DNA of 39,872 nucleotides from Octopus bimaculoides (GCF_001194135.2 NC_068986.1:53629072-53668943), one strand, 5' to 3'; numbered from the stretch's first letter, positions 10,719 to 22,271 are shown. Notes: a model not told the origin generated them from the sequence alone. A program made the numbers and translations.

Positions 10719-11438
10719 NNNNNNNNNNNNNNNNNNNNNNNNNNNNNNNNNNNNNNNNNNNNNNNNNNNNNNNNNNNNNNNNNNNNNNNNNNNNNNNNNN
10801 NNNNNNNNNNNNNNNNNNNNNNNNNNNNNNNNNNNNNNNNNNNNNNNNNNNNNNNNNNNNNNNNNNNNNNNNNNNNNNNNNNNNNNNNNNNNNNNNNNNN
10901 NNNNNNNNNNNNNNNNNNNNNNNNNNNNNNNNNNNNNNNNNNNNNNNNNNNNNNNNNNNNNNNNNNNNNNNNNNNNNNNNNNNNNNNNNNNNNNNNNNNN
11001 NNNNNNNNNNNNNNNNNNNNNNNNNNNNNNNNNNNNNNNNNNNNNNNNNNNNNNNNNNNNNNNNNNNNNNNNNNNNNNNNNNNNNNNNNNNNNNNNNNNN
11101 NNNNNNNNNNNNNNNNNNNNNNNNNNNNNNNNNNNNNNNNNNNNNNNNNNNNNNNNNNNNNNNNNNNNNNNNNNNNNNNNNNNNNNNNNNNNNNNNNNNN
11201 NNNNNNNNNNNNNNNNNNNNNNNNNNNNNNNNNNNNNNNNNNNNNNNNNNNNNNNNNNNNNNNNNNNNNNNNNNNNNNNNNNNNNNNNNNNNNNNNNNNN
11301 NNNNNNNNNNNNNNNNNNNNNNNNNNNNNNNNNNNNNNNNNNNNNNNNNNNNNNNNNNNNNNNNNNNNNNNNNNNNNNNNNNNNNNNNNNNNNNNNNNNN
11401 NNNNNNNNNNNNNNNNNNNNNNNNNNNNNNNNNNNNNN

Positions 11439-11964
11439 GAGGGCAATAAAGAAATAAAAATCGTTACCGCGCCGGACAAAATACTTATCGCTATTTCTTC
11501 TCATTCTTAACGTTCTGAGCTAAAATGCCGTCATAGTCAATTTTTGTCTTTCATTCTTTCGTGGTCGATAAAAAAAAGTATCGCTTAAAAACTCGGGCAG
11601 TGAGCTAGCAGAAACGTTAGCACGCCGGGCGAAATGTTAACCGGTATTTCGTCTGCCGTTACGTTCTGAGTTCAAATTCCGCCAAGGTCGACTTTGCCTT
11701 TCATCCTATCGGGATCGATAAATTAGGTACCAGTAACGCACTGGGGTCAATGTAATCGATTTAATCCCTTTTCTGTCCTTGTTTGTCCCCTCTATGTTTA
11801 GCCCCTTGAGGGCAATAAAGAAATAAAAATCGTTACCGCGCCGGACAAAATACTTATCGCTATTTCTTCTCATTCTTAACGTTCTAAGCTCAAATGATGT
11901 CATAGTCAATTTTTGCCTTTCATTCTTTCGTGGTCAATAAAAAAGTATCACTTAAAATCTCGGG
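11439..11964 (+). repeat. Tandem duplication (period 369 bp) of a young-SINE tail plus old-SINE unit
   Basis: 11439-11516 is identical to 11808-11885; the next 80 bp are about 90% identical. Confidence 0.9.
11596..11829 (+). mobile_element. Full-length SINE (ggcgagctggcagaa family)
   Basis: gagctagcagaaacgttagcacgccgggcg...gttctgagttcaaattccgcc (box B-like)...ggcaataaagaaataaaaa. Confidence 0.9.
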
Positions 11965-12039
11965 ACTGACGTAGTCGACTTCTCCCTGCCTTCAAAATTG
12001 CTGTACTTGTGCCAAAATAAGAAAAAATTACCCAATGTA

Positions 12040-12155
12040 GTTTTGAATCCCTTCTTTTTTTTTTTTTTAAGAAAACAATAGCATCATTTAGTTGAGCTTT
12101 GGTTGCTATTTCTATCAACTCAATCAACTACGTAGAGGAAACCATGACAATCAAG
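12040..12155 (-). mobile_element. (AAC)n-tailed element 5' fragment
   Basis: gagctttggttgctatttctatc...actacgtagagg. Confidence 0.55.
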
Positions 12156-12639
12156 CGGTGGAGTTTTCAGAAACAGTAAAACGCCCAACTAAAGGTTTTG
12201 TAGTATTCAGCTTTTAACCTTTGGGTTCTGTATTGAAGTTGATGTTTTTCTTACCTCGACGGTTGATTAAAGAAGTTGTTTCACTCCACTTCAACCTTGA
12301 TTGAACTAACCAAAGCTCAGATGCATTCTATACAGGATCATTCCGTTTTTGTAGAAGCATTAAAAAATATATATATATATATATAATCAATCCTACCTTG
12401 TTTGACCATTTTCCTATCTTGTGTATTACATTTGATACACGAGACATATTTCCCTGGCGTCCATGCATCATATATGATAGACATTGCCAGCCGCCAGAGT
12501 AATTTGGGACTTATGAAAAGGAAGTTTTAAATTACTCAGAACGTATGAAACAAGGGCTAGATATAACCTGAAAACAAACATGGACGTTTAGGACAAACTT
12601 TCTAAAATGCTTTGGCCAGGCTAAGGGTTAAAAACGGTG

Positions 12640-12710
12640 ATGTATAATTTGAACGAATTTGGCAGCTATTTTCTACAGATCGACTGACTACGTGGAGGTC
12701 CAGTCCCACG
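12640..12710 (-). mobile_element. (AAC)n-tailed element 5' fragment
   Basis: aatttggcagctattttctacagatcgactgactacgtggaggt. Confidence 0.55.
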
Positions 12711-13499
12711 ATGTTTCGTTAGGTTTTGATTCTAACTCATGTAAAAGTGCTGAAGAAACCCTCGCTAAATTGGAAGTAATTGTTTTAGCAGCAACAATGA
12801 GATTGGATATAGTTGGCATCGATTATTGTACAAGTAACAATTTTCTGCCGTTGCCTACTGAGATCGAAATCTAAACCTACTGTAAGCTGTGCAGTCGTTC
12901 TAACCACTTAGCCAGGTTGCTATAATGTATATATATATAATCAGTACATAATTATAAAGTTGTTATTTTATCAGTTCAAAAGTGCGGTTCTTCGGAATCA
13001 TTACTAGATTTTAATTATGTTTTTGTGGTTTGTTATCATTTCATTCTTGGAAACATATCTATATCATATCTGTATCATCATTGACCCATATATCTCGTGT
13101 TTATCAATGTAAGAGTTTACATTCTCCATATTTATGATAACTGAACATATTCAGTTTCTTCCTTTGTTTTAATTTGATATCAATGAAAAGCTAATCTATG
13201 GATGTAGTAAAATAAAATTTGTTTCCTGTGCATCGAGTTCATGAAATGGTTTCAAGTTTTGGTTGAAACTAGTTCACTTCCTTTATACTATTAACAACCT
13301 TGAGGGAAAATAAGACAAAAGAAACTGCTAACATCATCCTAATTAAAATGTAACCGCAAGAAATAAGTTTACCTGCCATCAGAAGCGCCAAAAGGTGGAA
13401 GACCACCTCAGGTTGGCTGTGGAGACGGGAGATTACGTCAAAGTGGCTGCAGATCAGGAGGCTCGAACTCTGGAAAGGGCAGTACTAACTAGAAACAAA

Positions 13500-13812
13500 C
13501 TGGGGCTTGATCAATTCCAGCAGAGTCGCTTGGGTGAAGATGTCTGATGCTGAAAGACCCAAAACACCTAATGGCCTCAGGGTATATCACTGACAATGTG
13601 TCCAGGAGAATCACAGGATGATGGATGGAAAAGAACTCAGAGAGCCATACGTAACCGTAAGACCCGATGGCGTGTACAACTCTTGGAAATGAAGGGACAA
13701 AATGGATAATGTCTAGTATAAAGAATTCCAGAGAGAATTCCTTTGTTCTAGGCGTAACCTTTCTGGTCGGTTGAGTTTAACTTGGGGCTAAACAACAAGA
13801 ACAAAACTAACC
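13500..13812 (+). mobile_element. RTE-like LINE 3' remnant with (AAC)-type tail
   Basis: Frameshifted pieces RM(R)WMD / ELRE / AIRNR..WR resemble the RTE C-terminus (RGRPRMRWMD...ELKEAVRNR..WR); ends tggggctaaacaacaagaac. Confidence 0.5.
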
Positions 13813-13961
13813 CAAGAAAAACAAACACGTCAGAAAGAAGGAAAATAACGAAAGAATGACATTTATTTCCAAATTGCCATAAAACCACACATTTCGGGAC
13901 GAAAACCCTTTATTGAAGGATTTGGTTATTTAACTCAACGACAGTCAACTTTTTTTCTTTT

Positions 13962-14040
13962 ATCTTTTACTTATATCAGTCATTTGACCGTGGCCATGGT
14001 GGAGCACCGCCTTGAAGGGTTTTAGTCGAAGAAATAGACT
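13962..14040 (-). mobile_element. tRNA-SINE 3' fragment
   Basis: ttttatcttttacttatatcagtcatttgaccgtggccatggtggagcaccgccttgaagggttttagtcg. Confidence 0.8.
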
Positions 14041-15083
14041 TTGACTTGATTTGTTGTCTATTGCGTTAGGTTCACTAAAGTTAAACTGAATCATTGCCCA
14101 GTATTTCGTAGATATAAACAAGCGTTTATAGTCTCCAAATATAAAATCATAAAAAATTCAATATCTCAAAATATTAAAATGAAACATGTAAACACACACA
14201 CACACACACACACACACNNNNNNNNNNNNNNNNNNNNNNNNNNNNNNNNNNNNNNNNNNNNNNNNNNNNNNNNNNNNNNNNNNNNNNNNNNNNNNNNNNN
14301 NNNNNNNNNNNNNNNNNNNNNNNNNNNNNNNNNNNNNNNNNNNNNNNNNNNNNNNNNNNNNNNNNNNNNNNNNNNNNNNNNNNNNNNNNNNNNNNNNNNN
14401 NNNNNNNNNNNNNNNNNNNNNNNNNNNNNNNNNNNNNNNNNNNNNNNNNNNNNNNNNNNNNNNNNNNNNNNNNNNNNNNNNNNNNNNNNNNNNNNNNNNN
14501 NNNNNNNNNNNNNNNNNNNNNNNNNNNNNNNNNNNNNNNNNNNNNNNNNNNNNNNNNNNNNNNNNNNNNNNNNNNNNNNNNNNNNNNNNNNNNNNNNNNN
14601 NNNNNNNNNNNNNNNNNNNNNNNNNNNNNNNNNNNNNNNNNNNNNNNNNNNNNNNNNNNNNNNNNNNNNNNNNNNNNNNNNNNNNNNNNNNNNNNNNNNN
14701 NNNNNNNNNNNNNNNNNNNNNNNNNNNNNNNNNNNNNNNNNNNNNNNNNNNNNNNNNNNNNNNNNNNNNNNNNNNNNNNNNNNNNNNNNNNNNNNNNNNN
14801 NNNNNNNNNNNNNNNNNNNNNNNNNNNNNNNNNNNNNNNNNNNNNNNNNNNNNNNNNNNNNNNNNNNNNNNNNNNNNNNNNNNNNNNNNNNNNNNNNNNN
14901 NNNNNNNNNNNCTTTCTTTCAGAATCGATACAATCCAAGGTGATAGGCTGGCGGAAAGTGGAACAAGATTTTTCGCGGTATATGATCCGGCTAACGGAAA
15001 CCTCTGCAACGATACTGATGCCAAGTTGTACCGACCAAAGTTGGCGGCCTTTCCCTTGGATAAACATCAGTGGTTTCGAGAGG

Positions 15084-15250
15084 CAGCAGCTTAACTAGAG
15101 GTAGGAAGCGAGGCGGGGTCCGCCCCGGTGACTCTTTTATGGGGCGGCACTTTGGGTCTGTTGTATAAGCCTGTATATTCCTGGGAGCCAGGAGTGGTGG
15201 AAGGGGCATTCTTAAGGGCTGCCTCGGACAACACACTCACTGTCGAGAGG
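15084..15250. mobile_element. Possible GC-rich non-autonomous DNA transposon fragment
   Basis: Starts cagcagcttaactagagg (resembles CAGYGGCGTAACTAG-type termini) and has ccgccccgg / ggggcggca motifs; no matching second terminus found. Confidence 0.3.
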
Positions 15251-15344
15251 GACAACTAACAGGGCAACTACCAGTCTTCCTTTTAAAAAATTTTCCTTGG
15301 TAACTGCGCATACAAGAGCAGAAGCAAGATCGAACTTGATTGAT

Positions 15345-15440
15345 GGATATCTTTATTAAGATGATAGGTTGTGATTTGAGGGAGATTTGGCTGCTATTTC
15401 TGGCAGATTAGGCGACGATTTAGATGTTCCTTCGTTGGTT
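15345..15440 (-). mobile_element. (AAC)n-tailed element, well-preserved 5' module
   Basis: gtgatttgagggagatttggctgctatttctggcag...ccttcgttgg. Confidence 0.8.
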
Positions 15441-15931
15441 AGATATCGCAATGTACTTTTGTCCGGCACTCCACCGATCCTACCACGCACGCGCGCGCAC
15501 CCACCCACCCACACACACACAGCTTTATGTTGAAAGAAATGAGATGATGTTAAGAAGAAATAATGAGACTTATTGAAGTAAGAAAAAAATAATTTGATTG
15601 CAAAGAAATCAGAAAGAAAAGGTAAAAACTGGAGGAGATTGAAAAATCAGAACATTAAAAAAATATGGATGAGTGCGAGAGACAGAGACAGGCAGAGACA
15701 GAGAGACAGAGAGAGAGAAAGAGAGAGAGAGGAGAAGGGGTGAGAGAAACAGACAGATAGTGGTAGGGCGAGAGGGGTGTAGACTAGCAATAACGATAGA
15801 GTGAGGGGGAAGACAGACAGAAACAAAGAAAGAAAGAACGATAGAAAAAGAGAAGGGGGTGGATAGTGTTGCAGTTCGGTTTCTTGGACCAAAAGCACGT
15901 GCAACCATAATCATGTTTTCTCGTTAGAAGC

Positions 15932-15978
<47 letters not shown>

Positions 15979-16372
15979 CAATTAGTATAGTCAAAATAAA
16001 ATCTAAAGAATAACAACAGTCAACAAAGATGTCTTCTTATCTGCTTATGTCAGATGTTGGCATATGACATCGACACGATATCTGAATAGCATGCACCCGA
16101 GTTTTTGTCGCTTGGTACAAAATACGCTGCTACTGCTTTTGTCTTTCAACATAATATAAATATAATGAACGAAAATATATATATATATATATATATAGGC
16201 TCGTATGTTCTTCCATACATTTTATTAGACTGTTCAAGGTTGCGTAAGAATCAGTTTAGTTGGCGGTGAATAAATTGTCTCAAGAGATACAGATGATGCG
16301 TGTGCAGAATGCATTGTGTATGAATACATATGTATACGTCGTCGTTGTTACTGTGACTGTTACTAGAGGTTG

Positions 16373-16592
16373 CTTAGCCCCAGGTCAGCTTGGTCATCAA
16401 GGAGACCTAAGATCCAAAATGTTCCAAATATGACTATCCCTGTTTTTTTTTTTTTTTCACTTATTATATCTAGGATTACGTTATCCAACGCGCACTTTCA
16501 TTTTTTTTTTCACCATATATATGATATGGAGGAAATTTGACCGTTATTTCTAGCAGATCGAACGAATATATAGAGGCTTCTTCGTTGGCATG
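16373..16592 (-). mobile_element. (AAC)n-tailed element, near full length (about 220 bp)
   Basis: From gttgcttagccccaggtcag to atttctagcagatcg...agaggcttcttcgttggc. Confidence 0.8.
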
Positions 16593-16895
16593 TGGAATTT
16601 AGTTTAATAGGCGGTCATTTAAAGAGAACCAGAGAAGATGTGAATACATGGTGAGTGAACATATGTGTGTGNNNNNNNNNNNNNNNNNNNNNNNNNNNNN
16701 NNNNNNNNNNNNNNNNNNNNNNNNNNNNNNNNNNNNNNNNNNNNNNNNNNNNNNNNNNNNNNNNNNNNNNNNNNNNNNNNNNNNNNNNNNNNNNNNNNNN
16801 NNNNNNNNNNNNNNNNNNNNNNNNNNNNNNNNNNNNNNNNNNNNNNNNNNNNNNNNNNNNNNNNNNNNNNNNNNNNNNNNNNNNNNNNNNNNNNN

Positions 16896-16962
<67 letters not shown>
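16896..16962. repeat. (GATA)n tetranucleotide repeat. Others: 18875-18940, 23880-24168 as (TCTA)n, 35783-35840
   Basis: Direct observation. Confidence 0.95.
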
Positions 16963-16964
<2 letters not shown>

Positions 16965-17273
16965 GTCATCGTCGTGGTCGTTGTTTAGCCCCAGGTCACT
17001 TTGTGATTAAAGGCATTCCAGACATTTTGTCTTTGATCTATGACTCCAGAATCCGATATCTCGTCTCTTTTTACAGGACAATAGTTCTTACAGGCTTCTG
17101 CAAAAGTGAAGAAGCTTTTCAGTACCCGGGGCCAATTGCAAGAGCATAAGAAGTTTTGTTGGAAGTGCATCTATGCTGAGGAAATTAAGGAATCTCTAAT
17201 TTTTCAAATTTATAGGTATGTAACTTATAATGAACTAACGAATGAACTAATGTTTTGGTTTTAAGGCTTGAAA

Positions 17274-17306
<33 letters not shown>

Positions 17307-18872
17307 AAACTTCGACAGTATGCTTCAGATTTGAATGCAGACGAAATTTCACCCACAAGCGAAGGAACACTCCATGCATGTGTCGTAAGACTTCATTACT
17401 TCAATGTCGTTATTGCTGCTGTTATTTGTTTGGCTCCAAAATCAGCCTCCATCAGGCAAACTTACAAGGTTCCCATATTGGCTCGGTATGTACATATCTG
17501 TCGATATGTATTTATAAGGCACTGTCTGTAGATGTACGTCAAAATTTTACGGATTATTCGTAAAATATATACAGCAAAAATGTTTGTTAATTTGCTGTCG
17601 AGTTTTTAATTTTACCACGTGAAAAATGTTTCAACCTCGTCCGCGTGAATTGTTTATTTTCTCGTGAAGATTTTTTTCTTTTCAACGTTGTCCGCGTGAA
17701 TTGTCTATATCCTCATCACCACTGTTATAATATGGATCCTCGTCCACTTGTATGTTGTCGTCGGTACTGTAATATTCTTGTCATCACTATCATGTTGTGG
17801 CGGTATTCCGGATGTTATTATCGTTGACTCGTCTACCGTGCTATCACTGATAGCTCCGCAAGACAACGACCATGAAACGTCTACCTTGACGGTAACTCGA
17901 ACTCGTATATATCACGAAACTGACACTGACTCCAGCTGAGAACTCGTATGTCGACTCTTCTATTACTGACCCCTACAACGATTGACAGTCTGGCTTTATA
18001 GTGGCTATTTCATACCACTTTGTCACATTGGAAGGAGTGTACCATTTTCACTACAATACACTGATCACAAAATGCCAAACAATCGATTATTTGTTGTACT
18101 CGTCGTTAATCCTTCCGGAGTAAGGACACCTGCGCGCTCTTCAAATTCCCAAATCTGAGGGATCCCTATGCGTAGTCTTGTTTAGTTTGTAGAAACAGTG
18201 ACATATCAATTTCAGCACGATCTTGACAATGAGATACTTTTGTCCAATGGCAAGGAGTACAAGACAATTGGAGGCAGTAGACCGTGACAACAATTTTCTA
18301 CCCTCACAACCATTGAAAGCATATAACCTTTCTGCTATATTTTGAGCTTCATTGTACCCATGGTATTGGAAGCAAAAGATGTTAGCGCTCACCCAAGGGG
18401 CTACCGCGGGTTTCAGAAAGAAAGAGGAAACTTAATGATTCCTTCACAGGTTGAAATGATTCTTTTCAAGAAATGTCATACACCATAGACAAATTGTACT
18501 AGAGCACATGATGAATATATAGTTATCCTCTTCATTGTATGTATGTGTGTATGTATACGTGTGTTTATCCACACGGTAGCGTGTTTGCTAAGTTCTCAAC
18601 GAATCAATTCTGCGATTTAGGTTCGGTTACACTTCTGCTGAAACTTTGAGATTCCTTTTCTTGGGTTAATCTGTGTGCGAGCGCACGTATGTAAAGAAAT
18701 CCATGATTTAACACGAACATACGAGCTCACACATTGAGAAAAAGAAAGTGAGAGTGAGAGGTGGGTGGAGGGAGAGAAAAGGAAATCGAGAAAGTGAGTC
18801 AAAAAGAACAGAGACTCTTTTTAATCAGTGAGAGAGAATGAAATTTGATAGACAGATATACAAGTAAACAGG

Positions 18873-18940
<68 letters not shown>

Positions 18941-19130
18941 GTTTAACTTATTTTAAAAGTACACTGTGGAAAATTGGTGGGTGTTTATATGAAAACTAAT
19001 TAGACTTTCAGTTTGAAGTCAACGACAAACTGATATTAAAATAGTATGTTTCTTTAGTCACACATTATTAATACATAAATACATGCACACATACATTGTG
19101 TGTAGTATATACTTTCATACATACATGCAT

Positions 19131-19165
<35 letters not shown>

Positions 19166-20389
19166 CACACANNNNNNNNNNNNNNNNNNNNNNNNNNNNN
19201 NNNNNNNNNNNNNNNNNNNNNNNNNNNNNNNNNNNNNNNNNNNNNNNNNNNNNNNNNNNNNNNNNNNNNNNNNNNNNNNNNNNNNNNNNNNNNNNNNNNN
19301 NNNNNNNNNNNNNNNNNNNNNNNNNNNNNNNNNNNNNNNNNNNNNNNNNNNNNNNNNNNNNNNNNNNNNNNNNNNNNNNNNNNNNNNNNNNNNNNNNNNN
19401 NNNNNNNNNNNNNNNNNNNNNNNNNNNNNNNNNNNNNNNNNNNNNNNNNNNNNNNNNNNNNNNNNNNNNNNNNNNNNNNNNNNNNNNNNNNNNNNNNNNN
19501 NNNNNNNNNNNNNNNNNNNNNNNNNNNNNNNNNNNNNNNNNNNNNNNNNNNNNNNNNNNNNNNNNNNNNNNNNNNNNNNNNNNNNNNNNNNNNNNNNNNN
19601 NNNNNNNNNNNNNNNNNNNNNNNNNNNNNNNNNNNNNNNNNNNNNNNNNNNNNNNNNNNNNNNNNNNNNNNNNNNNNNNNNNNNNNNNNNNNNNNNNNNN
19701 NNNNNNNNNNNNNNNNNNNNNNNNNNNNNNNNNNNNNNNNNNNNNNNNNNNNNNNNNNNNNNNNNNNNNNNNNNNNNNNNNNNNNNNNNNNNNNNNNNNN
19801 NNNNNNNNNNNNNNNNNNNNNNNNNNNNNNNNNNNNNNNNNNNNNNNNNNNNNNNNNNNNNNNNNNNNNNNNNNNNNNNNNNNNNNNNNNNNNNNNNNNN
19901 NNNNNNNNNNNNNNNNNNNNNNNNNNNNNNNNNNNNNNNNNNNNNNNNNNNNNNNNNNNNNNNNNNNNNNNNNNNNNNNNNNNNNNNNNNNNNNNNNNNN
20001 NNNNNNNNNNNNNNNNNNNNNNNNNNNNNNNNNNNNNNNNNNNNNNNNNNNNNNNNNNNNNNNNNNNNNNNNNNNNNNNNNNNNNNNACACACACACACA
20101 CACACACACACAGTAGCCGCATTACGGAAATAATGCGTTCTGACAGAATTTTTTCGAAACAATAACGATAAAAAACCCCCCAAAAAACAAGGAATTACTT
20201 ATTTCTAACTATACATAATACAATATGTTTACATAAAGCCATTTGAAAAGAAATACGTGGAGAATCGTAATTGCGAAAGAGGGGAAATTCTTACCACAAA
20301 AAATATTGACTACTATGTGAGGGATGGTGATATGGAATGAGCTATTGGGAGGATGAGGGACACTATATTCTATCTTATAGGCCATCAAT

Positions 20390-21620
20390 ATCTGCTTGAG
20401 GAGTGAAGAACTTGTACAAAGTTGTCTGTCGTTTATGGCGCATCATCTCTTCGTACAGCTCTGTCTAGAAACTGGGCTCATTGTAAACTCCTTGTTACAT
20501 ACGCGATCAGGGTCGTTAGCAAACATTTTCAGTCCTTTCTCTAAAAGTGCCGACGCTTTAGCAATATTTTTGTCACTCAGTTTAAGAGGAGATGGTGGAA
20601 TTTCCCTATTTTCATTCATGTTCTCGATTTACTTTTGTTCTAACAGCATCAACTCTTTGTTTGATAAACTTTCTCTGGGGAACACCAGCAGTTCAATCAT
20701 ATCATCTTCTATGACTTCCTCAAACGCTACCTCATTAACAATTTGACAGAAAATTTCTGCTTGTGGAAAACTTTTGAAGTCGCGGATACAGTTTGGCCAC
20801 ATATTTTTCCAATCACCATTCAAATTTGAGGCTTTCATTTCATCCTATGATGCAGCTATGTTATCCACAACGTTCATTATGCTGAACTTCTTCCAGAAGT
20901 ATCCAAATGTAGTTTTATTTTCCCTGTCAATTGCTTTCATAAGTTGTTTGGAAGTTCTGAAATAATATGCCTTGAAGTTATCTTCTATACTTTGATCCAT
21001 TAGCTGGAGCTAAGATTTCTTGGAGATATATTCTACTATTCTACTCTCCCATTATCAGAAAGGCCACTTACGTTCACTAAGTTACATGGTGCATTGACTA
21101 AAAGGTGCAATACTTTGCTGGCACTTATGTCTGGCACTGTACTTTTTAACCACAGGATAAACATTATTTGTAAACCAGTCTTCGAAAAGGTTCTTGGCCA
21201 TCCATACCTTCTTATTTGAACGCCAAATCAGAGATAGATTAAACCTTGTATGACTCTTGAAAGTCCTTGGATTTTCAGAGTGCGGCATGAGTAGGGGATT
21301 TAATTTCATATCACTAGTGGCATTTCCTCCCAGAGGAAGCGTCAGACAATTTTTGGAAACGTTAAATGGTGCTGTTGATTTGTCTCCTCGAGAAATAAGT
21401 TCTAACAATGAATGTCTAGCAGGCAAGTGCCTCCATAAAAGTGCAAATCGTTCAAGATTGTATGCTTCCATTGGTGTATAGCTACCTTAGCAAACATTTT
21501 TCACTGCTTAAGATAATTAGTTGCAACCGCTCTTTCAACACTGGCAGCTTCAACAGTCAACCTTTCAAATTAGCCTTTACTAACCAGATATAAAGAATTG
21601 TTGGTAACTACACTAGCAGA
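20390..21620 (-). pseudogene. Tigger/pogo-family (DDE_1) DNA transposase remnant
   Basis: Minus-strand peptides EAAS..., GSYTPMEAYNLERFALLWRHLP, FNVSKNCLTLPLGGNATSDMKLNPLLMPHSENPRTFK, WRSNKKVWMAKNLFEDWF, LQLMDQSIEDNFKAYY and WKNMWPNCIRDFKSF match Tigger-type motifs (FNxDETGLFWK; KDRLTLLLGGNAxGDFKLKPLLIYHSENPRA; WRSNxKAWM; QPMDQGVIxxFKAYY). Stops and frameshifts are present. Confidence 0.92.
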
Positions 21621-22195
21621 GGCGATCAGCAATTATCCACAACAAATATGTTGTAAAAGATGTAGTACCTAGAATGAACTGTTTTGGGAGAGCAAAAACT
21701 TGTCTAATTTCTATAGATGTAAAAATGGAAATAAGAAGATGAAAGAGTTAAAAAGTGAGGTGGGAGGGAGTACTGTATGATTACAATTAATGGATGGATT
21801 ACAAGATTCATGGACACTTTGCCTCTTGCACCTCTAATTTGAACCATAAAAATTCCATACCCAGCTCTCTCACAAACACACACACACACCAATCTGCTGA
21901 CATACACATGTGTAGCTGCAGACACTGCTCATGCTAATACTATTATTGATGTTGCCAGTTATTCAAAAGCTGGTGAGTTAGTGGTGAGGTGTTGGTTGTA
22001 TTGGTTTTGGTATTGGGAATGGTGGTGATGGTAACGGTGGGGTGTATATTTGTTGATGGTGGTGGCCATATTGCTCTTGTTAATTGTATTATAGTTGCTA
22101 TAATTATTATCCAAGAAAATATTTTATTCCTTATGAACTGAAAATTTTATTCCTTGTATACTGTAAATTTTCCCCGTCTAAAATATTCATACCGT

Positions 22196-22271
22196 GTCTC
22201 TGATGACGGAGTGCCCAGTGCACAGATATACTAACCAGCCACTTGGATTATCCTAGAAACAGCTGTAAGAC
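22196..22271 (+). ncRNA. Type I hammerhead ribozyme-like motif (probably degenerate; Penelope/retrozyme type)
   Basis: GTCT-CTGATGA-[stem II region]-GAAA-C-AGCT-G-TA-AGAC. Stem I GTCT/AGAC, 1-bp stem III capped by palindromic AGCT, and a GUA cleavage triplet are present; the base of stem II is imperfect. Confidence 0.65.

Noticed and set aside
12214-12632. Possible piggyBac-like MITE (ttaacc...gggttaa ends)
   Set aside because: Terminal similarity breaks down after about 7 bp, which is insufficient support.
16985-17170. Minus-strand ORF with Kunitz-like ending (FFTFAEACKNYCP)
   Set aside because: It lacks the rest of the Kunitz cysteine pattern (YGGC, GNxNNF) and runs into a repeat.
18000-18420. 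Complex sequence with short open frames
   Set aside because: All frames are interrupted by stops and there is no motif I can assign.
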